Shown in pieces: positions 17,373 through 28,300 of a stretch of 64,000 nucleotides of DNA. The stretch is taken from NCBI GenBank assembly GCA_045643545.1, contig JAZUKZ010000037.1:2497-66496 (forward strand), written 5' to 3'. Position 1 is the stretch's first letter; every line of letters begins with the position of its first letter. The notes below the pieces were generated by a model that had not been told where the DNA came from, did no database searches, and was given only the letters and a program-made list of their open reading frames with translations. The position numbers were made by a program, and so were the translations under genes. The stretch comes from Candidatus Aphodosoma sp. Its GTDB lineage: Bacteria; Bacteroidota; Bacteroidia; Bacteroidales; Paludibacteraceae.

Positions 17373-18320
17373 TCAGAGCCACTTTTTCAGTTTGAATATT
17401 AACAGAATCACCACCACGGTAAGCACCATCAGTCCGATAGCGAAAAGATAACCCAGTTTCCAGTGCAGTTCAGGCATAAACTCAAAGTTCATTCCATACA
17501 TGCTGGCAATCAGAGTAGGTGGTAGGAAGATAACGCTGACGATTGTAAAAATCTTTATTATCTTGTTTTGCTGGATGTTAACGAGACCGAGGAAAGTGTC
17601 TTGCAGATATTCGAGCCTGTCAAACGAGAAACGGATATGCTCGAAAAGTGAGTTGATATCCTTGATCATGATAGTCAGCTTAGCCTTTGCGTCATTTGGG
17701 AAAAGTTCGCTTCGGAGCATGTTCGAGCAAACTCGGCTACGGTCAACTATATTCTCTCGGATGAGCATCGTCTTCTCCTGCAAGTCCTTGATTTCAATGA
17801 GAATATCATCAGAAACGTCGTCATCGTCTTTCAATCGGTTTGAAAGTTCAGTTACCTGGCGAGTCATATCCTCAATCATATCTGCGTCGTAGTCAACGCG
17901 CGTCTCAAGAAGCCCGACAAGCACATAATATCCGTTAGGATAGTTCTTCGGATTGGCAAAAAGACGTTTCGAAGTCTCGTTGAACGACCTCAACTGCTGG
18001 TTTCGCACAGTGACCAGAATGCCATTCTTAATGATAAACGATACAGTTTCCTCCTCAAAATTCTCCAGAAGGAAGTTCGAGTTAGCCACGATGCTGTCGA
18101 CAGTCTCCATATAGCGGGACGACATCTCGATCTCCTCCATCTCCTCTTCTTCCTGGATATAAATCTTCAGGAACTGCTCCAACTCGCTTTCCACATCGAG
18201 AGCCACATCATCCAAGTCAATCCAGAGCAACTCGCGCTGGTCAATATCCTTCAGGGTATCCATCGACTTGGATATTTTTATTCTGCCCTGGTCTTTATAG
18301 TAAATTCTTAATTCTGACAT
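17373..18320 (-). CDS. corA: magnesium/cobalt transporter CorA
   Basis: YGMNF motif followed by two C-terminal TMs. ATG at 18320 preferred over the track TTG at 18329. Confidence 0.85.
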   Translation of the reverse strand: MSELRIYYKDQGRIKISKSMDTLKDIDQRELLWIDLDDVALDVESELEQFLKIYIQEEEEMEEIEMSSRYMETVDSIVANSNFLLENFEEETVSFIIKNGILVTVRNQQLRSFNETSKRLFANPKNYPNGYYVLVGLLETRVDYDADMIEDMTRQVTELSNRLKDDDDVSDDILIEIKDLQEKTMLIRENIVDRSRVCSNMLRSELFPNDAKAKLTIMIKDINSLFEHIRFSFDRLEYLQDTFLGLVNIQQNKIIKIFTIVSVIFLPPTLIASMYGMNFEFMPELHWKLGYLFAIGLMVLTVVVILLIFKLKKWL

Positions 18321-18334
18321 AACATTCAATTAAA

Positions 18335-18411
18335 TCAATTCGACAATCTATTTCATCCAAACCTCTTCTCTAATCCATCCCAGCCCCATACAGGACATGC
18401 ATTGAGAATCA
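18335..18411 (-). repeat. F2 intergenic element copy D (minus orientation)
   Basis: The reverse complement of 18386-18411 is TGATTCTCAATGCATGTCCTGTATGG, followed by GGCTGGGATGGATTAGAGAAGAGGTTTGGATG. Confidence 0.85.
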
Positions 18412-19182
18412 GTTAGTTGCGAGGAGGTTTGTGAGCTCCACAAATTGCTCCACGCTAAGCCTCTCCGGTCGTAAGTTGAAGATGTCAGAATCAATTATCC
18501 TATCGCCAATTATGGCCCTGAGAGAATTCCTGAGAGTCTTGCGGCGCTGATTAAACGCCGCCTTGACTATTCGGAAGAAAAGTTCCTCATCGCAGTCAAG
18601 CCTTTCGCGCCTGTTCCTGGTCATTCGGATTACCGCCGACTTGACTTTCGGTGGAGGATTGAAAACGCCCTCATGCACGGTCATGACGTATTGAATGTCG
18701 TAGAAAGCCTGCAGAAGTACAGAAGTGATGCCATAAGTCTTTGATCCAGGAGCGGCGGCAATGCGTTCAGCCACCTCCTTCTGAATCATTCCCGAGCAGA
18801 TTGGAATCTGGTCGCGATGCTCAAGCACCTTGAAGAAAATCTGCGACGAAATGTTGTAAGGATAGTTGCCGATGACCATAAACTGCCCATCTCCGTACAT
18901 CTCCTTAAGATCCATCTTGAGGAAATCGCCGTAAATCACATTCAAATCTGTGTAATGCGACTTAAGGTAGTCCACCGACTCCGAGTCCACCTCCACAGCC
19001 GTCAGCCTCTCGCCGTGCGCCTGGAGCAGAAACTGAGTAAGCACACCCATGCCAGGACCAACCTCCAGTACAGAAAGTTGATTGTCAGTAGGTAACGTCT
19101 CGGCGATAGCCTTGGCGATACTCAAATCAGTCAAAAAATGCTGACCTAAATATTTCTTTGCCTTAACCTCAGTCACATTCAA
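18409..19182 (-). CDS. rsmA: 16S rRNA (adenine1518/1519-N6)-dimethyltransferase
   Basis: KKYLGQHFL and VLEVGPGMGVLT SAM motifs. No in-frame ATG near the N-terminus, so the start is TTG 19182 or GTG 19176. Confidence 0.85.
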   Translation of the reverse strand: MNVTEVKAKKYLGQHFLTDLSIAKAIAETLPTDNQLSVLEVGPGMGVLTQFLLQAHGERLTAVEVDSESVDYLKSHYTDLNVIYGDFLKMDLKEMYGDGQFMVIGNYPYNISSQIFFKVLEHRDQIPICSGMIQKEVAERIAAAPGSKTYGITSVLLQAFYDIQYVMTVHEGVFNPPPKVKSAVIRMTRNRRERLDCDEELFFRIVKAAFNQRRKTLRNSLRAIIGDRIIDSDIFNLRPERLSVEQFVELTNLLATN

Positions 19183-19192
19183 AAATTTTTTG

Positions 19193-19200
19193 TACCTTTG
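19193..19200 (+). promoter_or_regulatory. -7 box TAccTTTG ahead of the GtrA-family gene
   Basis: TACCTTTG in the divergent intergenic region. Confidence 0.4.
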
Positions 19201-19217
19201 CAGAAAATTTCAGCCTG

Positions 19218-19225
19218 CAAATTTA
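19218..19225 (-). promoter_or_regulatory. -7 box TAaaTTTG (minus strand) ahead of rsmA
   Basis: Plus-strand CAAATTTA, 36 nt upstream of the rsmA start. Confidence 0.4.
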
Positions 19226-19263
19226 GACATTTTATTTGAGACTGCCAAACAAAACCACAACAA

Positions 19264-19737
19264 ATGCGATTGCAAGAGATAATACTCAGGACAATAGACT
19301 TTTTTTACACCCCATTCCGCCGTTTCGTGCCTATTCAGATATTCCGTTACGGTGTGTCCGGAGGAGCGAATATGGTGCTTGACTGGGTGCTTTACTTTCT
19401 GGTTCACAACTTCGTATTTTGCCATCAGGTGGTTCATGTCGGCCCGATTGCCATCTCAGCGCATATCGCATCGTTCATCATAGTGTTCCCGATAACCCTG
19501 TTCACGGGCTTCTGGCTCGCAAAATACATCAGTTTCAAAGAATCCAAAATAGAGAGCAAGACACAAGCCATCCGCTACATCTCCGTAGTATTGGCAAATA
19601 TCCTTATTAACTATCTTTGCCTGAAACTTTTCGTTGATGTATGTTGTTTCTATCCAACACCTTCCAAGATGCTAACGACCTTTATTACAGTTGTTTTTAG
19701 CTACGTAATGCAAAAGTTTTATACTTTCAAAGCCTGA
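19264..19737 (+). CDS. GtrA-family membrane protein
   Basis: 157 aa, four TMs, FRYGVSGGANMVLDW motif typical of GtrA-like proteins. Confidence 0.7.
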   Translation: MRLQEIILRTIDFFYTPFRRFVPIQIFRYGVSGGANMVLDWVLYFLVHNFVFCHQVVHVGPIAISAHIASFIIVFPITLFTGFWLAKYISFKESKIESKTQAIRYISVVLANILINYLCLKLFVDVCCFYPTPSKMLTTFITVVFSYVMQKFYTFKA

Positions 19738-19826
19738 TTTTTGGGACTTTTTTGTTAAATTAACGACAAATTATAACTTTTTCCAAAAAATATTTACAAT
19801 TGCTTTGTCATGTTAAAAAATAGTTG

Positions 19827-19834
19827 TATCTTTG
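19827..19834 (+). promoter_or_regulatory. -7 box TAtcTTTG ahead of the histidine kinase
   Basis: TATCTTTG, 25 nt before the ATG at 19859. Confidence 0.4.
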
Positions 19835-19858
19835 CAGACGAAAACATGCAGCTACATC

Positions 19859-21421
19859 ATGACCACAAGAACAAACAGAATTTTTGTCCATATCACTTTT
19901 GCAGTGATGGTAATACTCCTTATAGTGCAAGTGATCTTCATGATCAATTACATCTCCAAGTCTGCAAAAGTCATCGTGCGTCAGTTCGACGGTGCAGTTA
20001 CGCGAAGCATGATCAGCACCGCTAAAGTTATTGAAGAGCAAGAAGTTATCAATATAGTCCGCGAGATAGCAAAAAGTGATTCTCCTGAAGCCCAAAAGGC
20101 AAAAGAATTAGTTGACAACTACGACAAAGGAGTCGTGAAGCCAGTTTATTTTCCAGGTGAGGATGGCCTTCAGAGTTTGGGAGCCAAAGGCTATCAAAAG
20201 GATTATTCTGGCAAGTTCAAAACCAGTAAAGTCGGAACGAGCGGTATGTCGGCTTCAACGTCAGGGGCGTTAAAGGAAACGTTTGATCAGATGTTCGAAG
20301 ACGCCGAGCAGACCAAAGCCTTGATGCTGGAGATTTTCGCCCGCCGTTATGCGATGAACCTCAGCGGAGACATTCCTGACAGAGTGAATCCAGAACAAAT
20401 ACGTTCCTTGCTGGAAGAGCATTTCAAGGTTTTTGATATAGATATCCCTTTTGATTTCGCTATTGTTTGTCAGGTAAGAAACATTATATTTCATTTTGAC
20501 GAAGAAGAGTTCGTTCCAAACGAGCAATGCTATTCACTGCCAATCCTCAGGAACGGTATGAGTGGCAGCCAGTGCCTGCTGGTAGTGCATTTCCATAACA
20601 AGCGTGACTACTACAGCAGGTTCTACAACTTCCTGATTCCAATTTTCGGTACCATGCTTGCTCTGTTCATATTGTGTGTGGGTACAATCATTTACCTTTT
20701 TCAGCAGCAGCGCACCGCAGAGATTCAGAAGAACTTCATATGCAACATGACCCATGAGCTCAAGACTCCAATATCTTCTGTTTATCTTGCAGCCCAGATG
20801 TTGAGCGACCAATCGATAGAAAAGTCGCCGGAGACCACGACAAGGCTGGCATCGACAGTGAATTATGAGGCAAAGCGACTTGTGATACTTATTGACCAGG
20901 CACTTCAGCAGTCATTGCTTGAGAGCGACAAGTTGGCACTCTCGCTCAAGCCAATGGACATAGGTCCTGTGGTGAAGAAAGTCGTAGACAACACCCAGTT
21001 CAAGGTTGAGACTGTCAAGGGCGGCAGCATATCTGCTCATTATGAGGCAGAAGACCCTGTGGCGCAGGTAGACTTCCTCCATTTCACGAATGTGCTTTAC
21101 AATCTGATAGACAACGCTATAAAATACAGTTCAAAAGACAGACCTCTCAAGATAGACATTACTACCAAGAACAAGGGCCACAATCTTTTGATAGAAATAC
21201 AGGACAATGGCCTTGGAATAAAGAAAGAGTATATCAAATACGTGTTTGACAAGTACTTCCGAGTTCCTACCGGCGACCGCCATGATATTAAGGGCTTTGG
21301 ACTTGGCCTTTCGTACGTAAAGAATGTAGTGCGCCGTCATCATGGCACTATCACTGTGACTTCGGAGGTGGGTGTTGGAACTAAATTTACTATCTCGATT
21401 CCGCTTCTCAATCAGTTGTAG
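19859..21421 (+). CDS. two-component sensor histidine kinase (RprX-like)
   Basis: Two TMs flanking an extracytoplasmic region, H-box HELKTPISS, N/G boxes (LIDNAIKYS, DNGLGI, GFGLGLS). ATG 19859 preferred over track TTG 19832. Confidence 0.85.
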   Translation: MTTRTNRIFVHITFAVMVILLIVQVIFMINYISKSAKVIVRQFDGAVTRSMISTAKVIEEQEVINIVREIAKSDSPEAQKAKELVDNYDKGVVKPVYFPGEDGLQSLGAKGYQKDYSGKFKTSKVGTSGMSASTSGALKETFDQMFEDAEQTKALMLEIFARRYAMNLSGDIPDRVNPEQIRSLLEEHFKVFDIDIPFDFAIVCQVRNIIFHFDEEEFVPNEQCYSLPILRNGMSGSQCLLVVHFHNKRDYYSRFYNFLIPIFGTMLALFILCVGTIIYLFQQQRTAEIQKNFICNMTHELKTPISSVYLAAQMLSDQSIEKSPETTTRLASTVNYEAKRLVILIDQALQQSLLESDKLALSLKPMDIGPVVKKVVDNTQFKVETVKGGSISAHYEAEDPVAQVDFLHFTNVLYNLIDNAIKYSSKDRPLKIDITTKNKGHNLLIEIQDNGLGIKKEYIKYVFDKYFRVPTGDRHDIKGFGLGLSYVKNVVRRHHGTITVTSEVGVGTKFTISIPLLNQL

Positions 21422-21475
21422 TAGTGGAAAAACAACAAGCTTCTAAAACATTAAAACATAATTAATTTTTTGAAA

Positions 21476-22168
21476 ATGGAAAAGAGTAAAATTCTTCTCT
21501 GCGAGGACGATGAGAACCTCGGCATGCTGTTGCGTGAGTATCTGCAGGCTAAAAATTTCGAAGTAACCCTTATGCCTGATGGCGAGACCGGTTACCATGC
21601 ATTTCTTGATGATAAATTCGATCTTTGCATCCTCGATGTTATGATGCCAAAGAAAGACGGTTTCTCCCTTGCACAGGATATTCGTAAGATCAATAGTGTA
21701 ATTCCAATTATCTTCTTGACAGCCAAATCGTTGAAAGAGGATGTTCTTGAAGGTTTCCGCATCGGAGCCGATGATTATATCACAAAACCATTCTCAATGG
21801 AGGAACTTTTGCTTAGAATTGAGGCAATAATGCGCCGCATCTCTGGCAAAAAACGCAAAAGCGAGAGCGAGTTCCGTATTGGCACAATGACATTTGACTC
21901 TCAGAAACAGACACTTGTTTCGCCAAACACAACAATCAAACTCACAACAAAAGAGTGTGACCTTCTTTTGCTTTTGGTTCAGAACGCCAACAGCATTCTT
22001 GAGCGCAACTATGCATTGAAGACCATCTGGGTTGAGGACAACTATTTCAACGCTCGCTCTATGGATGTGTATATCACCAAGTTGCGCAAAATTCTCAGAG
22101 AGGATCCAAATATTGAAATCATTAATATTCACGGCAAAGGCTATAAACTTGTAGTGCCAAATCTTTAA
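21476..22168 (+). CDS. OmpR/PhoB-family response regulator (RprY-like)
   Basis: Receiver motifs [24 protein letters not shown]; winged-helix C-terminal domain ending [11 protein letters not shown] at 21476. Confidence 0.85.
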   Translation: MEKSKILLCEDDENLGMLLREYLQAKNFEVTLMPDGETGYHAFLDDKFDLCILDVMMPKKDGFSLAQDIRKINSVIPIIFLTAKSLKEDVLEGFRIGADDYITKPFSMEELLLRIEAIMRRISGKKRKSESEFRIGTMTFDSQKQTLVSPNTTIKLTTKECDLLLLLVQNANSILERNYALKTIWVEDNYFNARSMDVYITKLRKILREDPNIEIINIHGKGYKLVVPNL

Positions 22169-22188
22169 TAAAAAATATAATTACAGAT

Positions 22189-23787
22189 ATGATTAATTTA
22201 GAAAAGTATGGTATCAAGGATGTAAAAGATGTTCTTTACAATCCTTCTTACGACACACTCTATGCCGAGGAGACAAAATCAGATCTTACCGGATATGAGA
22301 AAGGTCAGGTGACAGAATTGGGGGCGGTAAATGTGATGACGGGTATTTATACCGGCCGTTCTCCAAAAGATAAATTTTTTGTAATGGACGATGTAAGTCG
22401 CAATACGGTGTGGTGGACTTCTGACGAATACAAGAATGACAACAAACCGGTGACTCCAGAGACATGGAACGCGCTCAAGGATTTGGCGGTTAAAGAGTTG
22501 TCTGGTAAAAAACTTTATGTCGTAGATGCATTCTGCGGAGCAAATCCATCAACACGTCTTAAAGTTCGCTTCATTATGGAAGTGGCATGGCAGGCGCATT
22601 TCGTTTGTAACATGTTTATCCGTCCAACTGAAGACGAACTTAAGAATTATGGTGACCCTGATTTTACTGTCTATACAGCATCAAAAGCAAAAGTTGAGAA
22701 TTACAAAGAGCTTGGCTTGAATTCAGAGACAGCAGTTGTGTTTAACCTCACATCGCGCGAGCAGGTTATCATCAACACTTGGTATGGCGGAGAAATGAAG
22801 AAAGGAATGTTCTCAATAATGAATTATCTTCTTCCTTTGAAAGGCATTGCTGCCATGCACTGCTCGGCCAATACCAATGAGAAGGGCGAGACTGCTATCT
22901 TCTTCGGTCTTTCGGGTACTGGTAAGACAACATTGTCAACTGATCCTAAGCGTGCATTGATCGGTGATGACGAGCACGGATGGGATGACGATGGTATCTT
23001 CAACTTCGAGGGTGGATGCTATGCAAAGGTCATTAACCTTGACAAAGAGAGTGAGCCAGACATTTACAATGCTATCCGCAGGGATGCACTCCTTGAGAAC
23101 GTCACTGTTGACAAAGACGGCAAGATAGATTTCTCAGACAAGAGCGTCACTGAGAACACTCGTGTAAGTTATCCAATTTATCATATTGAGAATATTGTCA
23201 AGCCTGTGTCGAAGGCGCCTGCAGCACGCAAGGTTATCTTCCTTTCGGCTGATGCGTTTGGAGTGTTGCCTCCAGTGTCAATTCTCTCGCCAGAGCAGAC
23301 ACAATATTATTTCCTGAGTGGATTTACTGCAAAACTCGCTGGTACCGAGCGTGGTATTACTGAACCAACTCCAACATTCTCAGCATGTTTCGGTGCGGCA
23401 TTCCTTTCGCTTCACCCAACAAAATATGGCGAGGAACTCGTCAAGAGAATGAAACAGTCGGGAGCAACAGCATATTTGGTAAATACCGGTTGGAACGGAA
23501 CTGGCAAGCGTATCTCGATCAAGGATACTCGTGGAATTATCGATGCAATTCTTGATGGTTCGATTGATAAAGCAAACACAAAGACAATTCCAGTGTTCAA
23601 CTTTGTTGTTCCTACTGAGTTGCCAGGTGTGGCAACGAATATCCTTGATCCGCGCAACACTTATGCTAATGCTGCTGAGTGGGATGTCAAGGCAAAAGAC
23701 CTTGCTGATCGTTTCATCAAGAACTTCCATAAGTTTGAGGGTAATGAGAAGGGCAAGGCACTTGTTGCTGCAGGTCCAAAACTCTGA
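22189..23787 (+). CDS. pckA: phosphoenolpyruvate carboxykinase (ATP)
   Basis: Kinase-1a [11 protein letters not shown], 532 aa, typical N-terminus. Confidence 0.95.
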   Translation: MINLEKYGIKDVKDVLYNPSYDTLYAEETKSDLTGYEKGQVTELGAVNVMTGIYTGRSPKDKFFVMDDVSRNTVWWTSDEYKNDNKPVTPETWNALKDLAVKELSGKKLYVVDAFCGANPSTRLKVRFIMEVAWQAHFVCNMFIRPTEDELKNYGDPDFTVYTASKAKVENYKELGLNSETAVVFNLTSREQVIINTWYGGEMKKGMFSIMNYLLPLKGIAAMHCSANTNEKGETAIFFGLSGTGKTTLSTDPKRALIGDDEHGWDDDGIFNFEGGCYAKVINLDKESEPDIYNAIRRDALLENVTVDKDGKIDFSDKSVTENTRVSYPIYHIENIVKPVSKAPAARKVIFLSADAFGVLPPVSILSPEQTQYYFLSGFTAKLAGTERGITEPTPTFSACFGAAFLSLHPTKYGEELVKRMKQSGATAYLVNTGWNGTGKRISIKDTRGIIDAILDGSIDKANTKTIPVFNFVVPTELPGVATNILDPRNTYANAAEWDVKAKDLADRFIKNFHKFEGNEKGKALVAAGPKL

Positions 23788-23831
23788 TTGAATTGACATA
23801 AACGCTTTAAAAAGCGATAGTATAAATTAGA

Positions 23832-23871
23832 AGACAGCCTCGTGAATGTTCGCGTGGCTGTCTTTTTTTTC
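23832..23871 (+). terminator. rho-independent terminator after pckA
   Basis: AGACAGCC (23832-23839) / GGCTGTCT (23856-23863), then TTTTTTTT. Confidence 0.7.
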
Positions 23872-24051
23872 TGTTTGCGACGTCATGAATATTTTGTTTT
23901 TGAACATAGTGGGCAAGGTGGTTTTACGTATGGGCTGGAATGGTGTCTAATAGTAAAGGAATGCGGATTTTTTTGTGGCTGAAATGCAAAGATATGTTGT
24001 AAAGATAAAGTTTGTGAAAAAAAAGTTGAATTTTAGCGTGAAAAAAGTTTG

Positions 24052-24079
24052 TATATTTGAGAAATAAGCAGTATATTTG
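24052..24079 (+). promoter_or_regulatory. two tandem -7 boxes TAtaTTTG ahead of the lipoprotein-MMPL operon
   Basis: GTATATTTG at 24051-24059 and 24071-24079; GTGAAAAAAAGTT-like direct repeats just upstream. Confidence 0.4.
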
Positions 24080-24107
24080 CAGATTGAAATATTATAAATT
24101 GATTGCT

Positions 24108-25325
24108 ATGAAAAAGCTTTATTATTTGGCAGTTATCGTGTGCATGGGCATGCTGATGAGTGGATGTGCGACTCAGAACCTGGGGTTCTTGCGCGGAGAC
24201 GTGATTGGTTTCAGCGAGGGAGCCTCTACAAGTTATAATGCATCGAAGGGAGTTTTTAAGAACTGGAAGAAACAGAATGATCCTTTTGACCTAACATTGC
24301 CAGAGGATGTTGAGGCGATGAATGCATATATCAAGAATGATATTCCAAGAGGCTCTAACACAGCGGCTTATTATGCTGTTGAATTAGCTTGCGACCGTAT
24401 CAGATACATCAGAACCCATTATGCTTGGGGAGACAAGAAGACAAAATATTATATTTTCCTTTTGACTGATGGTCTGGACAACAACTCCACGCAGGCTGCT
24501 CAGAATGACGGCCAGACATGGTTCAAAGTCAGTGCGGACAAGTATCCGAAGCGCTTGCAGCGCAAGTTACGTTGGGCTATGGGATTCCAGCGCAACCTCT
24601 TTGAGGTTTATCCAATGCTTTATGAGGGTGACGATATCCGCGCCATCATGGAAGAGAATAACCTTGACTCGGTAGCGTATCGCAATTTCTTGAAGTCAAA
24701 GATGGATTGTTTCAGATACTCATCAAACGGAGTGGCTCCGGAGCTTGTGCTGGCAAATGATTACCAGAAGATTTTTGCAGACATGCAGGAGAGATTCATC
24801 TCGTCGGCATATGAGTTCAGAATTCCAAAGAGTTTTGCTGGTAAGAAAGTCAGAATGATGTTTACGAGCAAGAACGGAGAAAAGAGTGAGTTGATAGGCG
24901 ATTTCGTGAAGCGCGGAGCGACATTCCAGCTTGAGAACGTACAGTTTGAGGGCATGACAGTCAGCATGGACAACTCTGTGTTCATGCGCAATCATGGCAA
25001 TACGCTCAAGGCCGTTCACCAGCAGGACAGCACAAATAGCAATGTATTCTTCCGTCTGGAGGAGATGCGTCGCGACAACAAGGCGTTTGTCGTAGGAAAC
25101 GGACCAAAGGATGTTCGTCAGTACTATCAGGACAATGGACTTTGGATTGTCAACTCAGAGTACAACACAGAGCAATTTGTGACACTTGATACATATTTCG
25201 TTTTGGTGATAGATGGCAGTAAGTCGCTTGACGGACAGAACGGCAACATGACAGAATTTGAGATGGAGACCGGTATGGCGTCAGACATCATTGAAATGAT
25301 ACTCAACCCAAAGGCTGATAAATAA
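24108..25325 (+). CDS. lipoprotein with vWA-like motifs
   Basis: Lipobox LMSGC. GSNTAAYYAVELA and YIFLLTDGLDNNS in the N-terminal third; VLVIDGSKSLDG near the C-terminus. ATG 24108 preferred over track 24057. Confidence 0.55.
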   Translation: MKKLYYLAVIVCMGMLMSGCATQNLGFLRGDVIGFSEGASTSYNASKGVFKNWKKQNDPFDLTLPEDVEAMNAYIKNDIPRGSNTAAYYAVELACDRIRYIRTHYAWGDKKTKYYIFLLTDGLDNNSTQAAQNDGQTWFKVSADKYPKRLQRKLRWAMGFQRNLFEVYPMLYEGDDIRAIMEENNLDSVAYRNFLKSKMDCFRYSSNGVAPELVLANDYQKIFADMQERFISSAYEFRIPKSFAGKKVRMMFTSKNGEKSELIGDFVKRGATFQLENVQFEGMTVSMDNSVFMRNHGNTLKAVHQQDSTNSNVFFRLEEMRRDNKAFVVGNGPKDVRQYYQDNGLWIVNSEYNTEQFVTLDTYFVLVIDGSKSLDGQNGNMTEFEMETGMASDIIEMILNPKADK

Positions 25326-28300
25326 TGAACAATTTTTTCGTAAGATTCAGAATATACCTACTTGTACTGACCCTAGTTGGCGGTGCAGTGTGCGGGTTGA
25401 TGATTCCGCGAGTGAACATCAACACCGATATGACCAAATATCTGCCTAACAAATCGCAAATGCGAAAAGGGTTGGAGATTATAACTGAAGAATTCGGCGA
25501 CAAGACCGAGATGAGCACTCCTGATGTCAGAGTGATGTTCTCGGGACTTAGCGAAGAACAAAAGAAAGAGACTTTAGAGCGCTTGAAAGCCGAGCCTGAG
25601 GTGACAAGCGTAAGAGTAAGCGAGAAAGACGTCTATACCCTCTATGAAATGGGTGTGATAAAGATCATAGACCAGAGGGAGTTCGGAGCGCAGATAAAGG
25701 AGAATTACGACAGAGTCAATGTGGTGGAGACCAGCCATGACGGAAGTGCTGCGGATACCACAATGCTGATAATAGCGGTAGTGCTGTTGCTGACGATATT
25801 GTTCATCATGTGCAAATCGTGGACCGAGCCAGTGCTTTTCATCCTTTCGACAGGAGTGGCGGTGCTTATCAATCTCGGCAGCAATGCATTGCTTGAGAGT
25901 GTGTCGATGACAACCAACTCCATAGTTGCGGTCCTGCAGTTGGTGCTGTCGATGGACTATTCGATAATTCTTGCCAACAGATACCGTCAGGAGAAAGCGA
26001 ATTTCGAGAATAAGTTTGACGCTATGGGTGAGGCTGTCAAGAGGGCAACTCCGTCAGTGCTCAGCAGTGCAGCGACAACAATTGTCGGTTTGCTTGTTCT
26101 CGTGTTCATGAAACTGAAGATTGGAGAAGATCTTGGAGTCGTTTTGGCGAAAGGCGTGGCATGCAGTTTGCTCTGCAATTACACTGTATTGCCAACTCTG
26201 CTGCTTGGCTGTGACAAACTGATAGACAAGACAGGCAAGCCAACACCTCATATTGCAACAGACAAACTGGCTAACTTCAGCGTGAAGTTCAGAATTCCAC
26301 TTGCTATTCTTTTTGTTGGACTGATAGCAGGTGCCTATATTCTTCACAACAAGACAGTCATAAGATTCTCGACCAATGGAGTGTCGCAGATAGACAAGAT
26401 ATTCCCTAAGAAAAACACCACTGTCGTGATGTATGACACAGAAGACGAGATGAAATTGCCGGGAATGGTGGATGAGTTAATGCAAGACTCTGGTGTGGAA
26501 CTTGTTATCTCCTATCCGTCAATACTTTTGCGTCAGTACACTACGGAGCAGATGATAGAGGCCATCAAGGAACTTCAGAATCTTCAGAAGACTCAGGGAG
26601 GTGAAGTGGATTCATCGATGACCGCAAGCACTGAGATGCTGACTGATCCAATGATGAAGTTGGTTTATTATGCGAGTCATACTGCTGGAGAGGCCAAAGC
26701 CTTCAATTTCAATGAGATGGCCGATTTTGTGATAGAGCAGAGCGAAGATTCCACATCATTGCTTTCGGGCAAACTCAATGACGATCTCAGAGTTAAGCTT
26801 GACATGTTCCATGAGATAATGGAGATGAACAATGCGGCTGCAGAGGAGGCAAAAGCAGCAAAAAACCACAAAGTCACAAAGGAAGAAGAGAAGGCAGAAG
26901 AGTTGACATCAGTGGTTGACAAAGCGATTGATGTTCAGCAAGATTCAGCAAGTGTGGAAGAACAGACAACAATTCCTGGATATAATAAATTTACAGATGT
27001 CTCGCTTTTGACCAAGCCAATGGGATATGAAGAGATGGCAGAGTATCTGGGAATGGAGAGCGGGCATGCCAAGTTGGTTTACAAAATGTGGGGTAAGAAA
27101 AAGAGCATGATGACTCCAATTCAGTTTGTGCATTATGTTTCAGACGATCTTTTCAACCGTAAACTTGTGTCGGCTATGGCCAAAAACGAAGAGAAGGCAG
27201 AGCTCAGAAGACTGGTAGGGATAATGGACAATGCTTTGGCGCATCCGGGCGAGGTGGTGGCAGATAAAGTGATAGAAGAGAATGGTCAGACGCCAGTTTA
27301 TCATGCGGCGGCACAAGATTCAGTGGCACCGGTGGTTATGCCAAGCCTATCGATGAAAGGCTCGTCGGCTGCGATAAGGAGACTCAACAATATGTTCAAT
27401 GCCGACAAGGAGTACGCATCGGCAGAGTTGCAGGAGATAGTGAAAGGTTTCGGCGAGGAGCTTGATCCATGGATGGTTGATTTGCTTTATCTGTATTATG
27501 GAAGTTATAAAGACTATGATTCCACCTGGACCATGTCGCTTGAGCAGATGGTTGTGTTCATAGCAGATACTATTCTGGCAGACCAAAGGTTCGATGCGTT
27601 TATTGATGACGGTGTGAGGGATGATTTCGGCAATATGAAAGAGCAGATGGTAAGCCAGTTCTCGATGATGCGTGGAGATGAGCACTCTTTGGCAGTGGTG
27701 ATCAGCGACTATAAGGACGAATCGTCTGAGACATACGCCTTTATGGACAAACTTGATAAAATGTGTAAGTCGCGCCTTGGGGAAGATAATTATTGTTTTG
27801 TTGGTGAGTCGGCGATGTTTACGGAGATGAAGAATGGTTTTGACAAGGAGATGAAGCAGTTAACATGGCTCACGATAATCGTGATATTCCTGATTGTGGC
27901 GCTGACTTTCAGGTCGCTGATTATTCCTACGATTCTTGTGATGACCATCATGACGGCTGTGTTTGTGAATGTGGCGTTCAGCGGTGTGGGTGGCAACACA
28001 TTATTATATTTAGCGTATCTGATAGTTCAGAGCATTCTGATGGGTGCGACTATTGATTATGGAATTTTGTTTACGAACTGCTATAAGGAGAGCCGTCAGG
28101 CAATGGATGTCAAAGAGGCTGTCGGTGCTGCGTATAAGTCGTCGATAGCGACTATCATGACTTCGGGTCTGATTATGATTATTGCACCTGCGGTTCTGGC
28201 GATGACCATAACTGATGTGACTATTTCGGATATTCTGCAGTCTATCTCGATAGGTGCTTTGGCTGCAGTGTTGCTGATACTGTTTGTTCTGCCTAGCATG

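Noticed and set aside
22144-22151. TAaaCTTG inside the 3' end of the response-regulator gene as a possible dedicated pckA promoter
   Set aside because: It is an imperfect -7 box (C in the T-run) with no clear -33 element. pckA may instead be co-transcribed, given the 20-nt gap. The sequence alone cannot decide.
23925-23945. TACGTATGGGCTGGAATGGTG resembling an F2 tail, after the pckA terminator
   Set aside because: It lacks the CTCAATGCAT head and is too short and degenerate to call a copy. It is mentioned under the F2 finding only as a possibility.
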